Under the pieces are notes generated by a model. The model did not search any database. It saw only the letters and a list, made by a program, of their open reading frames with translations, and was not told the origin of the DNA. Of a stretch of DNA of 64,000 nucleotides, positions 25,901 to 64,000 are shown piece by piece. Position numbers and translations under genes: made by a program. The DNA is from the human T2T-CHM13v2.0 reference genome, Homo sapiens. The DNA lies in assembly GCF_009914755.1 (NCBI RefSeq), contig NC_060945.1, one strand, 5' to 3'. Each line of letters starts with the position of its first letter. Position 1 is the stretch's first letter.

Positions 25901-27359
25901 CATTCCATTCCATGTCTTTCCATTCCACTCCACTCCACTCCACTCTACTCCATTCCGTTCTGATCCATTCCATTCCATTGCATTCCGATCCATTCCATTC
26001 CATTCCTCTCCACTCCATTCCATTCCACTCAATTTCATTCTATTCCACTCAACTCCACTGCAGTCTTCTCCACTTCACTCCACTCCATTCCACTACAATC
26101 AACTAAACTCCACTCTACTCCACTCCATTCCATTCCATTCCATTCCATGCAACTACACTCTGATCATCTCCACTCAACTCCATTCCACTCCACTCACTCC
26201 GTTTCATTCCGTTCCATTCCAGTTCTTTCCGTTACTTTCCATTCCACTCCACTCCAGTCAACTCCACTCTATTTCACTCCATTCCACTCCTATCGACTCC
26301 ACTCCAATCCAGTACACTTCACTCCATTACATTCCACTCCATTCTATTCCATTCCATTCCATTCCACTCCACTCCACTCCACTCCATTCCATTCCACTCC
26401 ATTCCACTCCATTCCAAACCACGCCACTCCACTCCACTCCATTGTCATTCCATTACATTACATTCCAATCCATTCCACTCCACGCCACTCCACCCTATTC
26501 CATTCCATTCCATTTCATTGTACTCCATTCTATTCCATTCCTTTCTTTCGACAGGATCTCACTCTGTCACACAGGCTGGAGTGCAGTAACACAATTTTAG
26601 TTCACATTTCATTTCACCATTCCATTCCATTCCATTCCTTTCCATTCCATTCCATTCTATTCCATTTTTTTCCACTCCACTCCACTCCCCTCCACTCCAT
26701 TCCATTCCATCCCATTAAATTCAACTCCCTTCCACTCCAGTCCACTCCACACCACTCCACTCCATTCCATTAAACTCCCTACCACTTCTGTCCACTCCAC
26801 ACCACTACACTCCATTCCAGTCCATCCCATTCCATTCCACTCCATTCCACTCCACTCCATTCCATTCAATTCCGTTCCTTTCCATTACACACCATTCCAT
26901 TCCATCCCTTTCTTTCGACAGGGTCTCACTGTCTCACACAGGCTGGAGCACAGTGGCAAAATCTGAGCTCACATCTCATTTCTCCTTTCCATTCCATTCC
27001 ACTCCATTCCACTCCAGTCTACTCAACTCCACTCCACTCCATTCCATTCCACTCCACTTTTCTCCTCTCCTCTGCATTCCATCCCATTCCATTCCACTCC
27101 ATTAAACTGCACTCTACTCCCCTCCAATCCTTTCCATTGAATCACATTGCATTCCACTCCATTCCACTGAACTCTACTCCACTCCACTCCACTACATTCC
27201 ATTCCATTCAATTCCAGTACACTCCATAACATTACTTTCCTATGTTTTGACAGGATCTCACTCTGTCACCCAGGCTGGAGTGCAGTGGCACAATCTCAGC
27301 TCACATTTCATTTCACCATTCAGTTCCATTCCATTCCATTCCATTCCATTGCATTTCAT

Positions 27360-64000
<36,641 letters not shown>

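Overview
This window is hominid (human-like) pericentromeric heterochromatin and contains no real protein-coding gene. From left to right it holds: the 3' end of an L1PA2-type LINE-1 (1-430); divergent monomeric/dimeric alpha satellite with no CENP-B boxes (431-16243); and, after an abrupt junction, about 48 kb of HSat3-like (CATTC/CACTC)n satellite. The alpha satellite is interrupted by a full-length older SVA that carries a ~200-bp 3' transduction of an L1MA 3' end inside its target-site duplications. The HSat3-like block is composite: about 53 copies of a ~60-70-bp CpG-depleted Alu 3'-end fragment punctuate the pentamer array. These cassettes occur as two sequence variants, with a spacing gradient away from the alpha junction. 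One cassette has been hit by an AluYa5-type element. The array also shows nested duplications from 70 bp to 5 kb, and a near-identical 27.66-kb tandem duplication (27360-55016 repeated from about 55017 to the window end). Nearly all ORFs in the track are repeat artefacts. All coordinates were read by eye, and subfamily calls rest on recalled consensus diagnostics rather than a database search.
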